64,000 nt of DNA, from NCBI RefSeq assembly GCF_009914755.1, contig NC_060928.1. One strand, written 5' to 3'. The notes beneath the pieces were generated by a model. That model was not told the DNA's origin and did no database searches. It worked only from the letters and a program-made list of their open reading frames with translations. Within the stretch, counting starts at the first letter, position 1. The number at the start of each line of letters is the position of its first letter. This document shows, piece after piece, positions 41,632 through 55,117 of this stretch. The translations under genes were made by a program, and so were the position numbers. This DNA comes from the human T2T-CHM13v2.0 reference genome, Homo sapiens.

Positions 41632-42609
41632 ACTGCAGTCTTTCTGCATGGAACTCTGCTGTAATGGGGAAAGTTTATATATATGTGAGTACATATTCAT
41701 GTCAGTGTGTGTGTATCTATGTGTGTGTATATAGCCCCTATCAATTAAATAAACAAGATGCAGCAAGATGTCAGCCACTTTTACATAATTTTAGCAAAGC
41801 TCTAAAGGAGGGAACACAAGTTATCTTTTCTTTAAATAATAATTTCTGTGAATAATCAAGGCTTACTAATTGCTTTTTCAAATTCTCCAGCTCTGATTTT
41901 TACTTCACATGTTCAATATATATTTTTCTTTTGTACTTCTAAAATATTCTCCTGCTGGCTACTTACTAATTTCTTTGATAGTCTTTGATTTCATCAACTT
42001 ATTTTATTCTATAAAAGTAACATTCCAAAGTCACTTTGTGCAATTTGTAAAAAAAGAGATTTAAGGTTATGATTAAAAGTGGAAAATTCAAATTCTTTAA
42101 AATAATTTTGAATAAAATCAGCTAGGTTTTTAAAACAACATTCATAAAAGTCTTGATCCTATCATTTGAATTTTTAAAAAGCCATGTTTATTGAAATGAC
42201 TTTGCTTTAAATCCAGTAAAAGAAGATTCAGCTGGCATTTATGATAAAAATTACTGTATTTGGAAATGTATTTCTTGGCTTTTACAATAATCAGAAGTCA
42301 CTTTTTAAATGTCATATTACACACATACAGATACACACACACATACACACGTACTTGTTAGCTCTGGAGGACTAAAAATGTGTTTACATGAGATTCTTAA
42401 AGAAAAAAAAAACTAGTTCATGTTTTAAATTAAATCCTTTTAGGCAATTAGATTTTTAGCCAGTAGCAGTAAAGAGCAGGTTTGTAATTCTAAAATTAAT
42501 GTTAAAAAAAATGATATATTACTTGAGGAACTACATTATGTTTTTGGCTCAGAGAACATACTTTAAAAACCTGCCAACATCAAGAATATGTGTCCTGGAA
42601 AAATACAGG

Positions 42610-42916
42610 AAATTATAATTTCCAAGAACTTAATTATGTGTTACTTCAAGTAAATGATCTTTGTGTTGCAAACTTATTAAAGCTAAAATAGGTTTATCTA
42701 ATTTATTAATTCTAGGAAATCATGGATTAACTTTTGTTATCCATATCTTTAACTTGTGAGAGAATGTACTCGGCATTATGTCATGCTAATTTTTGCACTC
42801 CAGTAGGCTCTTCTTGCTGACTCAGATTTTACCAGAAATATATTGAATACATTTGCAGTTCATCAGTTACAGTGCACTTTGGCTCACTGGTCAAATGGAG
42901 TGTTTGGCAAAACACA
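42610..42916 (-). repeat. inverted repeat, right arm (derived copy flanked by a 12-bp direct repeat)
   Basis: Exact reverse complement of 41325-41631; GGAAAAATACAG at 42597-42608 and 42920-42931. Confidence 0.98.
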
Positions 42917-45437
42917 GCAGGAAAAATACAGATATTTCATTATCTCTTATGTTTTCTTTTCTTTTCATTTTATCGCTATGGTTTAGATTCTGAGCATGAT
43001 TGATTTCAAAAAAAAGCTTGAGAAATGTCAAATGTATCATATCATTATGAAAATAATGAGAGCACATCTAAAATTCTCATACTAATTTTTAAAAGTTATG
43101 CATAGTATATACATATAATGGGCATATGGAATACTATTGCACATAATGAAATCTAAAACTGCAACAAATCCAACTTTCTAAAATTCAGTTCCTTTTTAAA
43201 AATATAATACAAAATAAAAAAGACATCTCCAAGTCATCTTATAATTATGGCGGCCTTGTGATTTGTCATCCAAACTGAACTCTTAAGAGTGAAAGAGGGC
43301 ATTATTAATCATTACTCTGAAAAAAGAAGTTTAACCTGGGCCTGTTCCAGTGCCCATAATTATGACTTTTTCCACAAGCTTCTTGTGATTTTAGGTACAG
43401 TTATTAATTCTTTCATTCAGGAGCTTAGTGCTGTAAGTGCATATAACACTGCTAGAGTGGCTCAATGCATTGATGGGCCAAACTGAGTTTAAGAGAATAA
43501 TTTATATTCACAACCGGGCACTATGAGAACAAGTATTTATATGGGCTTGCTACTTATTGCATCTTGATGTCTGAATTATTTCCTTCAAGTATGAAACTTT
43601 TTTATTTCTCTAGATGCCTGAGAATTCCAACAGGTGGTCTAATTAGGTGAATAGAATGAGGATAACTGGACATATGAGTTTCCTCCATTCATAAGGTAGG
43701 AAATGGCATCTGTCACTTAAGACTTAAGGGTTCCCACTTCCCACTCATGCAATATTATTCATTGACTTTAAAACATGAAGCTGATTCTCATCTAGCTTTG
43801 TTTGTTCACTTCTTTAGAATGGAGACTCTTCCAGAAGCTTCACTACTATCACTGAGAGTCAAGAAATTCTAATTCCAAGAACTTGTGATTAATATTCATG
43901 AGAGAAATTTGTAAGTTAAACAACTTCATATTACCTATCTCTGCTGCCTTCTTATGGCCATGTTTGGTTAGAAAGGCGCCGGAAGCTAAATAATTCGTGT
44001 GTGCAAAGACACTCTTTGTCTTGTGTGTTTTGTATTCAAGACACATAAACACTACATATAGTATTTGGGGTATATAGTTAAATTGTCTATGGGTTTTTGA
44101 GAGACAGAAAATGTTATTGGAAGGCTATATTGAGTCAGAAACATCAAAGGTAGTCAATAATTTAGAAATGCATTTATTGATTAGATACTCGATGATAATG
44201 CCCAAAGTTTATTGTCATTGTGACATTTTTCCTGCCACAAATCAAAGGGTTCAGGTGTTTCCAGAGGGAGGTCAGTAGAATAACAGTGCCCTGTTAGCAC
44301 AGTTTTGATAGTACCTAAATACCCCACTTGACAACTGAAGTCCAACCTGAAACAATAAAAGCTTATCCTAATAAGTTCTCTAGTGCTGCTAAAGTGGTTG
44401 ATTTGCCAGTGACTATTAACCTCACTGTTATCCCAGGGTTGAAGGCTACTGAACTCTTGGCAACCTATGTGCCAGGAGGCTGCTGCTCTGTATTTTATCC
44501 TCATCTTGAGGACCGACCTAAGGCTCCAGCATCAAATTCAAGCATTTGCTTATCTTCAAAGTCTCATTGTACAAACAAAAGTTATGGATGGCACTTTGCA
44601 AAGCAGCACTTCTATATTTTTATTTTTGGAAGGCTACTCAGATATAAAAACCCTCTGTGTTTTTGAAAAGTTTCTATTGGCTCTTTCCATGGAATATATT
44701 GCTGCAAAATTATCCTATAAAAGCAAGGTACAATTCAGTACTTAGAATTATATCAAACATCAAGATCCAATCTCCAATAAGAAAAATGTCTTAAATTTTT
44801 ATTTTACAGTATTAAATAATGACTCATTATATAAATTTCTATAATTATTTGTTTGCAAATAGAAAAGAATTGTTGAATGCTAGTTTAAAAAATTTACAAT
44901 AGCCCTCTGGGAGAATATTTAAATGGAGAATATTTTATTGTGAAATACTTTATAAGAGGATTTTTACCCATTTTCCCATGTAGTTGATTACTTTATTACA
45001 ACACTTATTCTATTTAATTTTTTAAATAATTTAACTATGCATTTCAAGAATACATTAAGTATTAGACATGAGAAACCTTTTTTCATGCATACTTCAGTAT
45101 GAGTGTATGGAAGTGTATGTGTATTTGAGAAATACACTGATTGGTTGAAGAACTGATTGGTTGAAGGAGAAAGAGGGCAACCTTATGTTGTAGTGCTAAA
45201 ATAAGCATTTATCACTCTGAGATGGGCTTTTGCACTCTTTTGAGTTCAGCTAAAATAAAATTCTGTGTTACCAAGAAGGAAAGGTGTAGTGAATAAATTT
45301 CTTTTCAACAGGAAGTGGGATAAGAGCAAGAACACAGAGCTTGACGTTGGACAATCATGAATTCAATCCTAGCTCAGCAACTACATGTCCTTTCATGCTA
45401 GACAACTTATTTACACTCTAAGAATTCATTCACCTCC

Positions 45438-45856
45438 TAATATGGTTTTGATCTGTGTCCCCACCAAATCTCCTGTCAAATTGTAATCCCTAATGTTGGA
45501 GGTGAGGCCTAGTGAGAGGTAATTGGATCATGGAACAGAGTTCTCATGAATGGGTTAGCATGATCCCCTTGGTGCTGTTCTCCTGATAGTGAGCGAGTCA
45601 GTTGTGAGATCTGGTTGTTTAAAAGTGTATAGCATCTCCACCCTCTCTCCCTCCCTCCTGCTCCCGCCATGTAAGATGTGCCTGCTTCTCCTTCACCTTC
45701 AGCCATAATTGTAAGTTTCCTGAGGCCTCCCCAGAAGCAGATGCTGCCATGCGTCCTGTACAGCCTGTGGAACCATGAGCCAAATAATCCTCTTTTCTTT
45801 ATAAATTACCCGGTCTCAGGTATTTCTTTATAACAATGTGAGAATGGACTAATACA
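45438..45856 (+). mobile_element. MSTA/MSTB solo LTR inserted in a MIR
   Basis: TAATATGGTTT...GGACTAATACA; 5-bp TSD CCTCC at 45433-45437 and 45857-45861. Confidence 0.92.
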
Positions 45857-45876
45857 CCTCCTTTGTGAGATGAGGA

Positions 45877-46288
45877 TGTGCTGGGGTTATTCACTTACCT
45901 GCTCATTCTACTTCCCATATTCCTCCACTCTAATCTGTGCCTCTGGAGATTGACATTTATGAAATCAATCAATCAATAAACTTTGCCTTCTGACTTTCAG
46001 TTGAGTTCAGTGAATAGGAGGCACCAGCAGGAGAGTAATTGTTTTTCTCTGTGCCAGACTGAAGACTGATGCTGCTGCTGTTTTCTCTAGGATGTACCCT
46101 TTGCAGGTCTAGGTCTTGTGGGATGCTGGTAATTTTCAGGCCTATTGGTATAAATGCTCTGGATTCCTTTGCTATCTCATGTGGGTTTTCTTAAATCTAG
46201 CCCTACTTATGTAATTGATCCTTCGATTAAACAATTATTAATTTTCTTCTTTGAGCATGTCATTATCTGTTGGACCCAGACTCATATG
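45877..46288 (+). mobile_element. LTR33-like (ERVL) LTR
   Basis: TTGCCTTCTGACTTTCAGTTGAGTTCAG...GGAGGCACCAGCAGGAG. Confidence 0.6.
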
Positions 46289-47359
46289 GACAATAAATAA
46301 AATACTAGAAATATATGGTTGTTGAATGGATTTATTTCTGTGTGACAACATGAGTAAGACATATTCAAATTATGTCAAATAAATATTAGTTGAAGTAATC
46401 TAGGTCATATGCCTCAGTTTTGATTTAAAATGCCTGTCTGGCTGCTGAAACAGTAACAGGAGAGCCTTCCTGATCCAAAGGAAGGAGTCTACTTTTAGCA
46501 CTTTTGGATCCTCCCTCTACCAGGCTCCATGGTTTTCTCAAGACACACAACTATTCCAAACAGCTGTTATTAAGACATATGAAGGGCATTTTGTCCACTT
46601 CTCTGTTTTAGAATGAGTCTTCTTTGCAACACTGAGGTTTTAAAGTAGTTCTGTCTAAAATTTGGCAAGTATGTGAATTTCCTAAGATGTCTGTCAGGAA
46701 AGCGACAATTATAATGTTGTTAGAAAAAGAGGAATCGACATTGCTGATGAGATGACAATGCCTCAGTTACTGGATAACACAGATGACAGGAACCTGAAAA
46801 CGGCTATGTATTCTTGACATTTCCCTACAGGGCAAAGGGAGCTCGTATTGCAGACTGCAAAGGTGGTAGTCAGTTCAAAGAAATGATGCTTACAGGTGTT
46901 TCATTCTTCTTACACACTTGATTAGAAGAAAGTGGCAAGTGTCATATGCTTAGTTTCAAACATCAGGATAAGAAAGAACACCTCCCTCAGTCAATCTGCC
47001 TGTTCTGTGCTACAGAAACTGGAAACATCATCAGAGTACCATTCTAGAAACATGGGTTTCAGCCATGTCTCAATTCAAACTCCTTGACACATCAGCTAAC
47101 TACTGTAAGTTTCCTCTTAGTAAAGCATAAAATGAGGGTAAAATAATTACAGTCATATCTATATCCCACATGGAAAGGATGAAAGAATTAAATCAGATGC
47201 ATATCTTTCCAATTCTGCTGTGTCAACTGTAGACAAATTGCTTAACTTTACTAGGACTTGGTTTCTTTATCTATAAAATGAGAAATGTTTAGGAGAGTTG
47301 TTTTCTGAACAAGGTCATTAGAACCTATAGGGTTCTTAAAAGGTTACAACAAGCCTAAC

Positions 47360-47597
47360 TTAAAGGTAAAATAGGTATTCTTTATCTGAAATTATATCAT
47401 CTCAGTGTAGAAGCTTACGAAAATACAATTAGTGAAATAAAAATTTATATTCAGTTAAGTTAAACATTCTAGTAGTAACCAATGACAAAACAGTATAATA
47501 GAAGAAATATAAACCATAATTTATAATACATATAATGCATAACTATACATATTAGTATCGTTATATGTATTATAGTAAATTATATGTAAGTATTAAC

Positions 47598-47636
<39 letters not shown>

Positions 47637-48650
47637 TGTGTGTGTATTTAAGCCATCAGCCTATACCACAACTAGTAGGGAAACACTAGAGCTGTTTTGC
47701 CTGAAGTTAGGAATAAGGCCAGAATTGTTTTAATATTGTTCTAGACAATTTAACCAATATAATAAATATGAGGCATAAATATGGGTTTTTCTATAATTGA
47801 GAGGTCACAAATACCACTATTTTAAAATGTTTTTTATTTCCAAATATCAAACAGGGAAAAATAGAAAAAACCAAGAAAATAGTAAAAATATATTTAGAAA
47901 TATTTTCATAGTTTCATCATCATGGTCAATTACAAGACTATTACACACACACTTACATATATATATATTACATTTATATGTATAATGTAATATATATATA
48001 TAAAATCTTTGTTTTATATCAGAAATGACCAGTACAAGCAGATTAACAAAAATTCTTAGAGTCTACAAAGAGTTCTTAATGTTACAACAGATCAGTTAAA
48101 TATCTAGGTAAAAAAAATTCAACCATAAATGACTATGAACAAAATACATGGTAATATTTCTTCAGTTTTAGATTGAGAAGGCATCCGAGTGTTGATCAAA
48201 CAGGAAGAAACCATAAATAGAAAAAGTAATAGATTTGGTTATATATAACTTTCACACATCAGAAACAAATGTTAAGCTATAAAAACATGGCTATAATTCA
48301 TATTTGTTGCCAACGCATGACCAGATAATGTAATACATAAAGGCTTTTCTACTTACTCATTAATGAATTCAAGAAATGTCTTAAAAAATAAAAACACCCT
48401 TAATTGAAACATAAGGAACATACACATATGAAAAAATTTAAATAGCCAATAAATATAGATATAAAAAGCAGCTCAGGAGTAACTAATTCACCAAAAAGAA
48501 AAAAAAAAAAAAAAAACAGCCAAGAAGACACACATTTCATTAGCAAATTAGACAAAAGATAAAGAAATACATAAAACAATTTGTAATTGTATGCTATTAA
48601 AATATTATGAAATAATACAAGACATAGCATTATAATACTTTAGAATTTCC
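47360..48650 (+). mobile_element. degraded L1ME fragments containing (TG)n at 47605-47645
   Basis: A-rich L1 ORF2-like remnants; TG run. Confidence 0.5.
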
Positions 48651-49600
48651 AGATTAAAAAGTAAAACAAAATTTGAAATAACGTTTTGAAATTCTATAAA
48701 ACTTATTTAGGACATTAAGTAGAATGTATATGTTAAGGTAAAGAGATTAACATCTTAAAAATATTTAATTTTAAAGTATAGAAACTTAGTTTCTTTCCTC
48801 ATTTATGTAATATATCTTTTATTAACTATTTACTTTGGGTAGTCTGGCCTACAACTGTTTGACTTGGTGGGCTTTGATTAACATTCGTATGACCAAACAG
48901 AACCAGTGTTGAAAGTGTGTGATGGAATAGCATTCCAGGTGATCGAGCTAAATTGTGAGAAGCTAGACGTGTTAAACATGAAAGGGACTATGGAGATTCT
49001 GAATGTAGCAAGATCACTCTCAATGATGTGTATACATCATTTTGTAGTAACCGAAATACAAAATAATTCAGAATATTGTCATGTTCTTCCTAATTCCAAA
49101 GTGCTCAGACTTTAAAAAAATAAGTAAATTCATGTATAACTAAGAAAAATCCAACTGGAGTCAAACAAATGGCCAAGTTCATTTTACCATTTTCACACTT
49201 TTCTCAAAAATGTTTAAACCAGTAGATACCACTTTAGAGTTTATGCACTTTAGAGCGTGCTTCCCAACTTACTATATATTTATTTAAATTATAATAATTT
49301 CAGGTTGTCTTAAATGCAAACATAATGTTTCCAGATCATATATATTAAAAATGAAAAAATAAGCTCTTATTAATGCTGTTCTATGTTTTCAGAAAGCCTT
49401 ATCTCCACTGATTCTTTCAATAAATCCATTAAGTACTTTATTAGCTTCATTTTATAAATACACTAATTTGCCCAAGATTAAAGAACTAGGAAGTTGTGAT
49501 CTATAATTCAAATCCATATATTCTGTGAGTCTTGTAAGTATATTCTGACCCTATTCAAACCACTACTACATATTGCTGTTAAAATATATTAGAGTTGTGA

Positions 49601-49966
<366 letters not shown>

Positions 49967-50249
49967 TGAATTCATCTTTCTCTTTTCTTTTCTTAGATAT
50001 TTGTAACTTTCTGTTTTCACTTGATAATTTTCTATGAGAATCTTCTCATAGACCCACTGATATGCGCATATCCTTCTCACTTTTAGTAGGACTACTTTTA
50101 TATTGGTATGAAAAATATGATAACTGAGCCACACAAAGCAATCAATATAATGACTATGTAAGATATAAATGTAAAACATAAACACTTTTGAACTTGCTAT
50201 CCAACAGGAATTATAATATTGAAAGTTATCTAATCTGTCCAGCTGTCTC

Positions 50250-53180
50250 TTACCATAATAAAAATAACCAATCACCAAAACTTTTGTCCATTAATTCTTT
50301 TTTTGCATTTTAAAATATGTTTATGATATACTTAGGTATTCCTAAAATATATATATATCTTATGTTTGCCATATACGTCAGAGCTTTATTAAAACGTAGT
50401 ATCATTCTCTAGCTATCATTACATCACTGAGATTCATTCATGCTATTTCATGATTATTTTATTTTTGTTTCTACATAATATTCCATTAGGCCAGAGATCA
50501 GCAAGTTTTTCTGTTCATGGAGAGATAGTTAACATGCTTGAGTCTGTGGTGCATATAATCTGTCGCAATTAACTAACTCTGCTGTCATACAGGAAAATCA
50601 TCCACACATGATACAGAAAATAAATGATATGGTTGTGTTCCAAGAGAAATGTTTTTACTAAAACAGGAGGCTGGCCAACTTTAGCTCATGGGCCATAGTA
50701 TACCAATTTCTGCATGACATGAATATAGCCAAATTTAGTTATGTGTTATTGGGTTTAGAGACACTTTTGTTGTGTCTAGTTTTTGCTATTATGAATGATT
50801 GTTGCTATGAACAAATTTAAGCATAATTTTCCTGACAAATATGTGTATGCTTGGAAGTGGAATGTCTAAGTTTTAATGTTCATATTTTAAAAGATAAACA
50901 CATATTGTTTAGCAGGATGGTTTTTAGCAATTTTCCATCTCACTAAAATGTATAAATCCCTGTTGACCCATATTTTTACCACAATTTGATATAGTCAGGT
51001 ATCTTATTTTTTGTCTACATATTTGTATCATATTATGGTGCAAATATGAATTTCCACTATATTAACAAGGGTATTTGGGTTTTGATTTATAAAAATATTT
51101 AATTTATGTAGAAATATAAATTAAATAAAAAGGTTTTGTTTCTTTAAAATACCTATAAATGTCTTTTGTCCATGTATATACTAAGTTTTTGTGTTTTGCC
51201 TATTGAGTCTTGTGAGTATATTCTGAAAAGTAATTCCTTTTTCAAATACTTTCTTCCAGTTAGTGACTTGTCTTTTTATTTTCTAGACAATTTATTCAAT
51301 AAACTGTTTTTTTAATTTTAGTTTATTCAGGTGATCAGCCTTTTCGAGGAGAGATAGTATATTTTGTGTCTCCTGGGAAAACAAATGCATCAGAGTATTC
51401 TACATTGGCCTTAAGTATACTTTAACATTTGAATCCTTCATCCTTCTGGAATTGACATTTTGTGTATTCATTTGTGAAGATGCAATTTCAAAATGACCTC
51501 TGAGATGGGAAGTTATCCAACACCATTTATTGCATAGACCACTTCTTCCCCAGTGAAACTGATGCGACTTTGGCCATATAGCAAGTTTCCATATGTGGCC
51601 TTTTTGTCAGCTACCTTTGTGTCCCATTGGTCAATGCAGTTTATCTCTGGGTTAATGTCACATTGACTTAATTACTATAGTTTCATAAATGTCTTAATAA
51701 CTGAGAGGAAATTTCTTCTTTTAGGGGTGACTTTGCCATTCTTAGTCCCTTTATCTACATATGAAATTTAAAATTATATTGTCAATTTTCTCAAAAATCC
51801 TGCTGGGATTTTGATTAAAATTCTATTAAGTCTCTGAGTTAATTTCTAGAGAAATAATGCCTTTATAATAATGATTTTGATAGCATCTTGCAGTAATTTT
51901 TTGAATTTTCTTTGTGTCATATATCTTGTAAGATTTATTGCTAGATTCATTTCTAGATGCCTTAAACTTATTTACTGTGTTGGTATATTATCACTTTTAA
52001 GAATATATTTTTACCTATTTTTGGAGTAGAGAAATGCAAATTCTTATTAATTCTAATAATAAAATAAGGTTTTTGCAGTTTTAGTTGTAGAAGTTGTAGC
52101 TTCTTTAAATAGTAATAATTTCAGTACATCTTTTTTGTCCTTGCATGATGTCCTTTGTGTGTGTGTTATTTTGGTGACTGGGATATACATGATAATGTTA
52201 AATAGAATAGCCTATATTGAGTTCCCTATCCTGTTCCTGTTCATAAATATAATGCTTAATGATTACCAGTAGAAATAATGTTGACTGTGTTTTGGATAGA
52301 CATCCTTTATGAGGTTATTCTCTTATTCCTATTACTTAGGGTTTTATTTTAAATTTCTAATTGGCTGCAGATTTTCACAAAAGGCTTTAACTCCATTCAT
52401 CGGAATAAAATATCATATGAATCTCTTAGTATAGAATGACTTTTATAGATTTTAGAATATGTAACCGTTTTGCACTTCTGGTATAAACCTTATTTGGTCA
52501 CAACATATTCTCTTTATTTTAAATACACAGATGGGTTTGATTTGCTCAAATATTCTCCAAAATTTTATTCTATATTTATGAGCAGTATTGCCCTGTAATT
52601 TCCCTAGTGATATCTGGTGTTGATACCAAGATTCATCTGGCCTCACAGAATGAGTTGAGATGTGTATCCCCTTTTTATCACTCTAGAAGAATTTTTATAT
52701 TATTTAAATAACCTGTTATTTGAAGAGGAGAACACAACTGCAGCACTATTTGGATCTTGCATTTGCATTTTGTGAATATTTTTCAACATTGGTTTAATTT
52801 CTTGAAAAAGATTTAAATTTGTGATTCCTATATTTTGAGAGTAATATTTGTATTTGTCTAGTTATTTGTCCCTTTCAACTAAGTTTTCAAATGTTGGCAT
52901 TAAGCTGTTATGTATATAACTTTGATATTTTTACAATCCAATAAATCTCTATCAATGTACCCAGATTTATTTATACAACAGTTTATTAGTGTGATTTTTC
53001 TATTTTCTTGACACAATTTACCACAGGTATTAATATTTTCAAAACAAATTATTTTCTGTGATACATCTTTCCATTACATTTTTTTTGCTTTCTATTTCAC
53101 ATGTTTTTACTTTTATTATCTTTTCCCCTCTACTTACTTCTAGATAGTCTGTTATTATTTTTCTAACTTCTTAAATGTTA
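50250..53180 (-). mobile_element. old L1ME fragments
   Basis: T-rich antisense L1 3'UTR/ORF2 motifs (CAACACCATTTATTG; GCTGGGATTTTGATT). Confidence 0.65.
50492..50712 (+). mobile_element. MER58A-like hAT-Charlie MITE
   Basis: CAGAGATCAGCAAG...GGTTGTGTTCCAA...AAAACAGG...GGGCCATAGT...TCTG. Confidence 0.7.
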
Positions 53181-53538
53181 TTTTTTATGTAAGATCTGAC
53201 ATATTTTTTACATCTCAGTTTAAAGTTCTCTCAAGTAAGTCTGAGCTCTCAAAAAAGTAAGACAACAGCTTCTTACTAAATTAGTGCTCCTTATTATATA
53301 TACTCACATATTTACTTGGAAACTAATATCAGACTTTTTACTTAGCATACTTATCAATATATATTATACCGTGATATGTAAGGAGACTTTATATAAGATA
53401 CCTTAAGTAAAGTTTGCATCATAATCTCAAGAGAAATTATTTGAAAATTTAACGATTAGTAATATCTCTCTTACATTGGATACATCAGAATCTTTTACAA
53501 TATTCTATAACACCTGTAAATAAACAAATGTACCCAGC

Positions 53539-53908
53539 TGTTAATGATTGAATGTTTGTGTTCTTTCAAAATTTATATGTTGAATTCAAGGTTACTTCAA
53601 TGTGATGGTATTTGGAAGTGGGACATTGGGAGGGAGCTGGTTGAAATGAGTTTATTAGGGTGGAGCCCTCATGATAAAATTAGTGCCCTTATAAAAAGAG
53701 GAAGAGATCTCTGAGGTTTCTTCCTCTGCCATGTGAGGATACAATGAGAAGGCAGTATCTACAAGCCAGAAAGAGTGCCTTCACCAAGAAACAAATCTGA
53801 TGGCACCCTGATCTTGTACTTCCCAGCCTCCAGGACTGTGAAAAACAAATGTCTGATTTTTAAGCCATGCAGTCTATGGTATTTTGTTTTAGACTCCGAA
53901 CTAAGACA
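53539..53908 (+). mobile_element. MLT1A0/MSTD-like solo LTR
   Basis: TGAATGTTTGTG...TTCCCAGCCTCCAGGACTGTG...ACTAAGACA. Confidence 0.8.
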
Positions 53909-54703
53909 TTATGCATCTTCATGTGGGAGCTATTCTACCATCATTGATGCCAGACTAAATCCACTAAAAGTCCTCATGGGTTCTTAAGCCATAGAGTGGC
54001 CCAGAACAGTTACAATGGCACTGAAAAGAAAACAGTAACTGACCACTGTCAGGACCTCCATCTGAAACATGAGTTTATTGGATATAGGCTAATGAAAAAC
54101 AATGTGTCTTCTATCCAAGCAAATTTGAGTGTATATTTATATGACATGATTGTTATTTACATGATTGTGAAAGAAATTTGTATGGCTCTGAAGTATAATT
54201 ATTCCTTCTTTCAGTAGCTTAGCAGAGACAGTTTTCTACTTAGAGAACTCACTATGTCTAAGCCCCCAAGCAGGACAGACTAATTTTAGGCACTGGTTTT
54301 CAGAGGCCTTCCCTTTCTTAAAAGGACAACTCCTTATCCAGAGTGCATCCATTGTTACATAGTCATATAGATCGTCACTCCTTGTCTACTATTCATACAG
54401 AGACTCAAGTGGCATTTTGACCATGGTGTTCACTTGAAGGTTTTCTTGACTCAGCCCAAGCTGTGGTATGCTATGAGAATCATTGTGCTCACTCTGTAAC
54501 TTCTCTGCTTATCTTTCCCCAAATATGCATCGTGCTGCTGATATGTACCCATGACCCCTTTGAGCAACACATAAAAAAAGAAATTAATGGCATAGATAAA
54601 TATGTGATAATGATAGCATAATTTAAAATATAGTACATTCATGCACATGGATGCATATGCACATATGCATTTGTATGTGGATGATCACTTATCAAAATGA
54701 TAA

Positions 54704-55117
<414 letters not shown>

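Noticed and set aside
41705-42345. TG-rich and CA-rich patches in the spacer as an inner extension of the inverted repeat
   Set aside because: Low complexity, imperfect, and not symmetric about the repeat axis
41325-42916. Inverted repeat as the terminal repeats of a DNA transposon or MITE
   Set aside because: No TSD around the whole unit; the direct repeat flanks only the right arm; no transposase; perfect identity does not fit long-extinct human DNA transposons
46684-46820. Short open frame DVCQESDNYNVVRKRGID... as a possible exon
   Set aside because: No convincing splice sites or recognisable homology
54651-54670. ATGCATATG-CA-CATATGCAT hairpin
   Set aside because: Arises within alternating purine-pyrimidine low-complexity sequence
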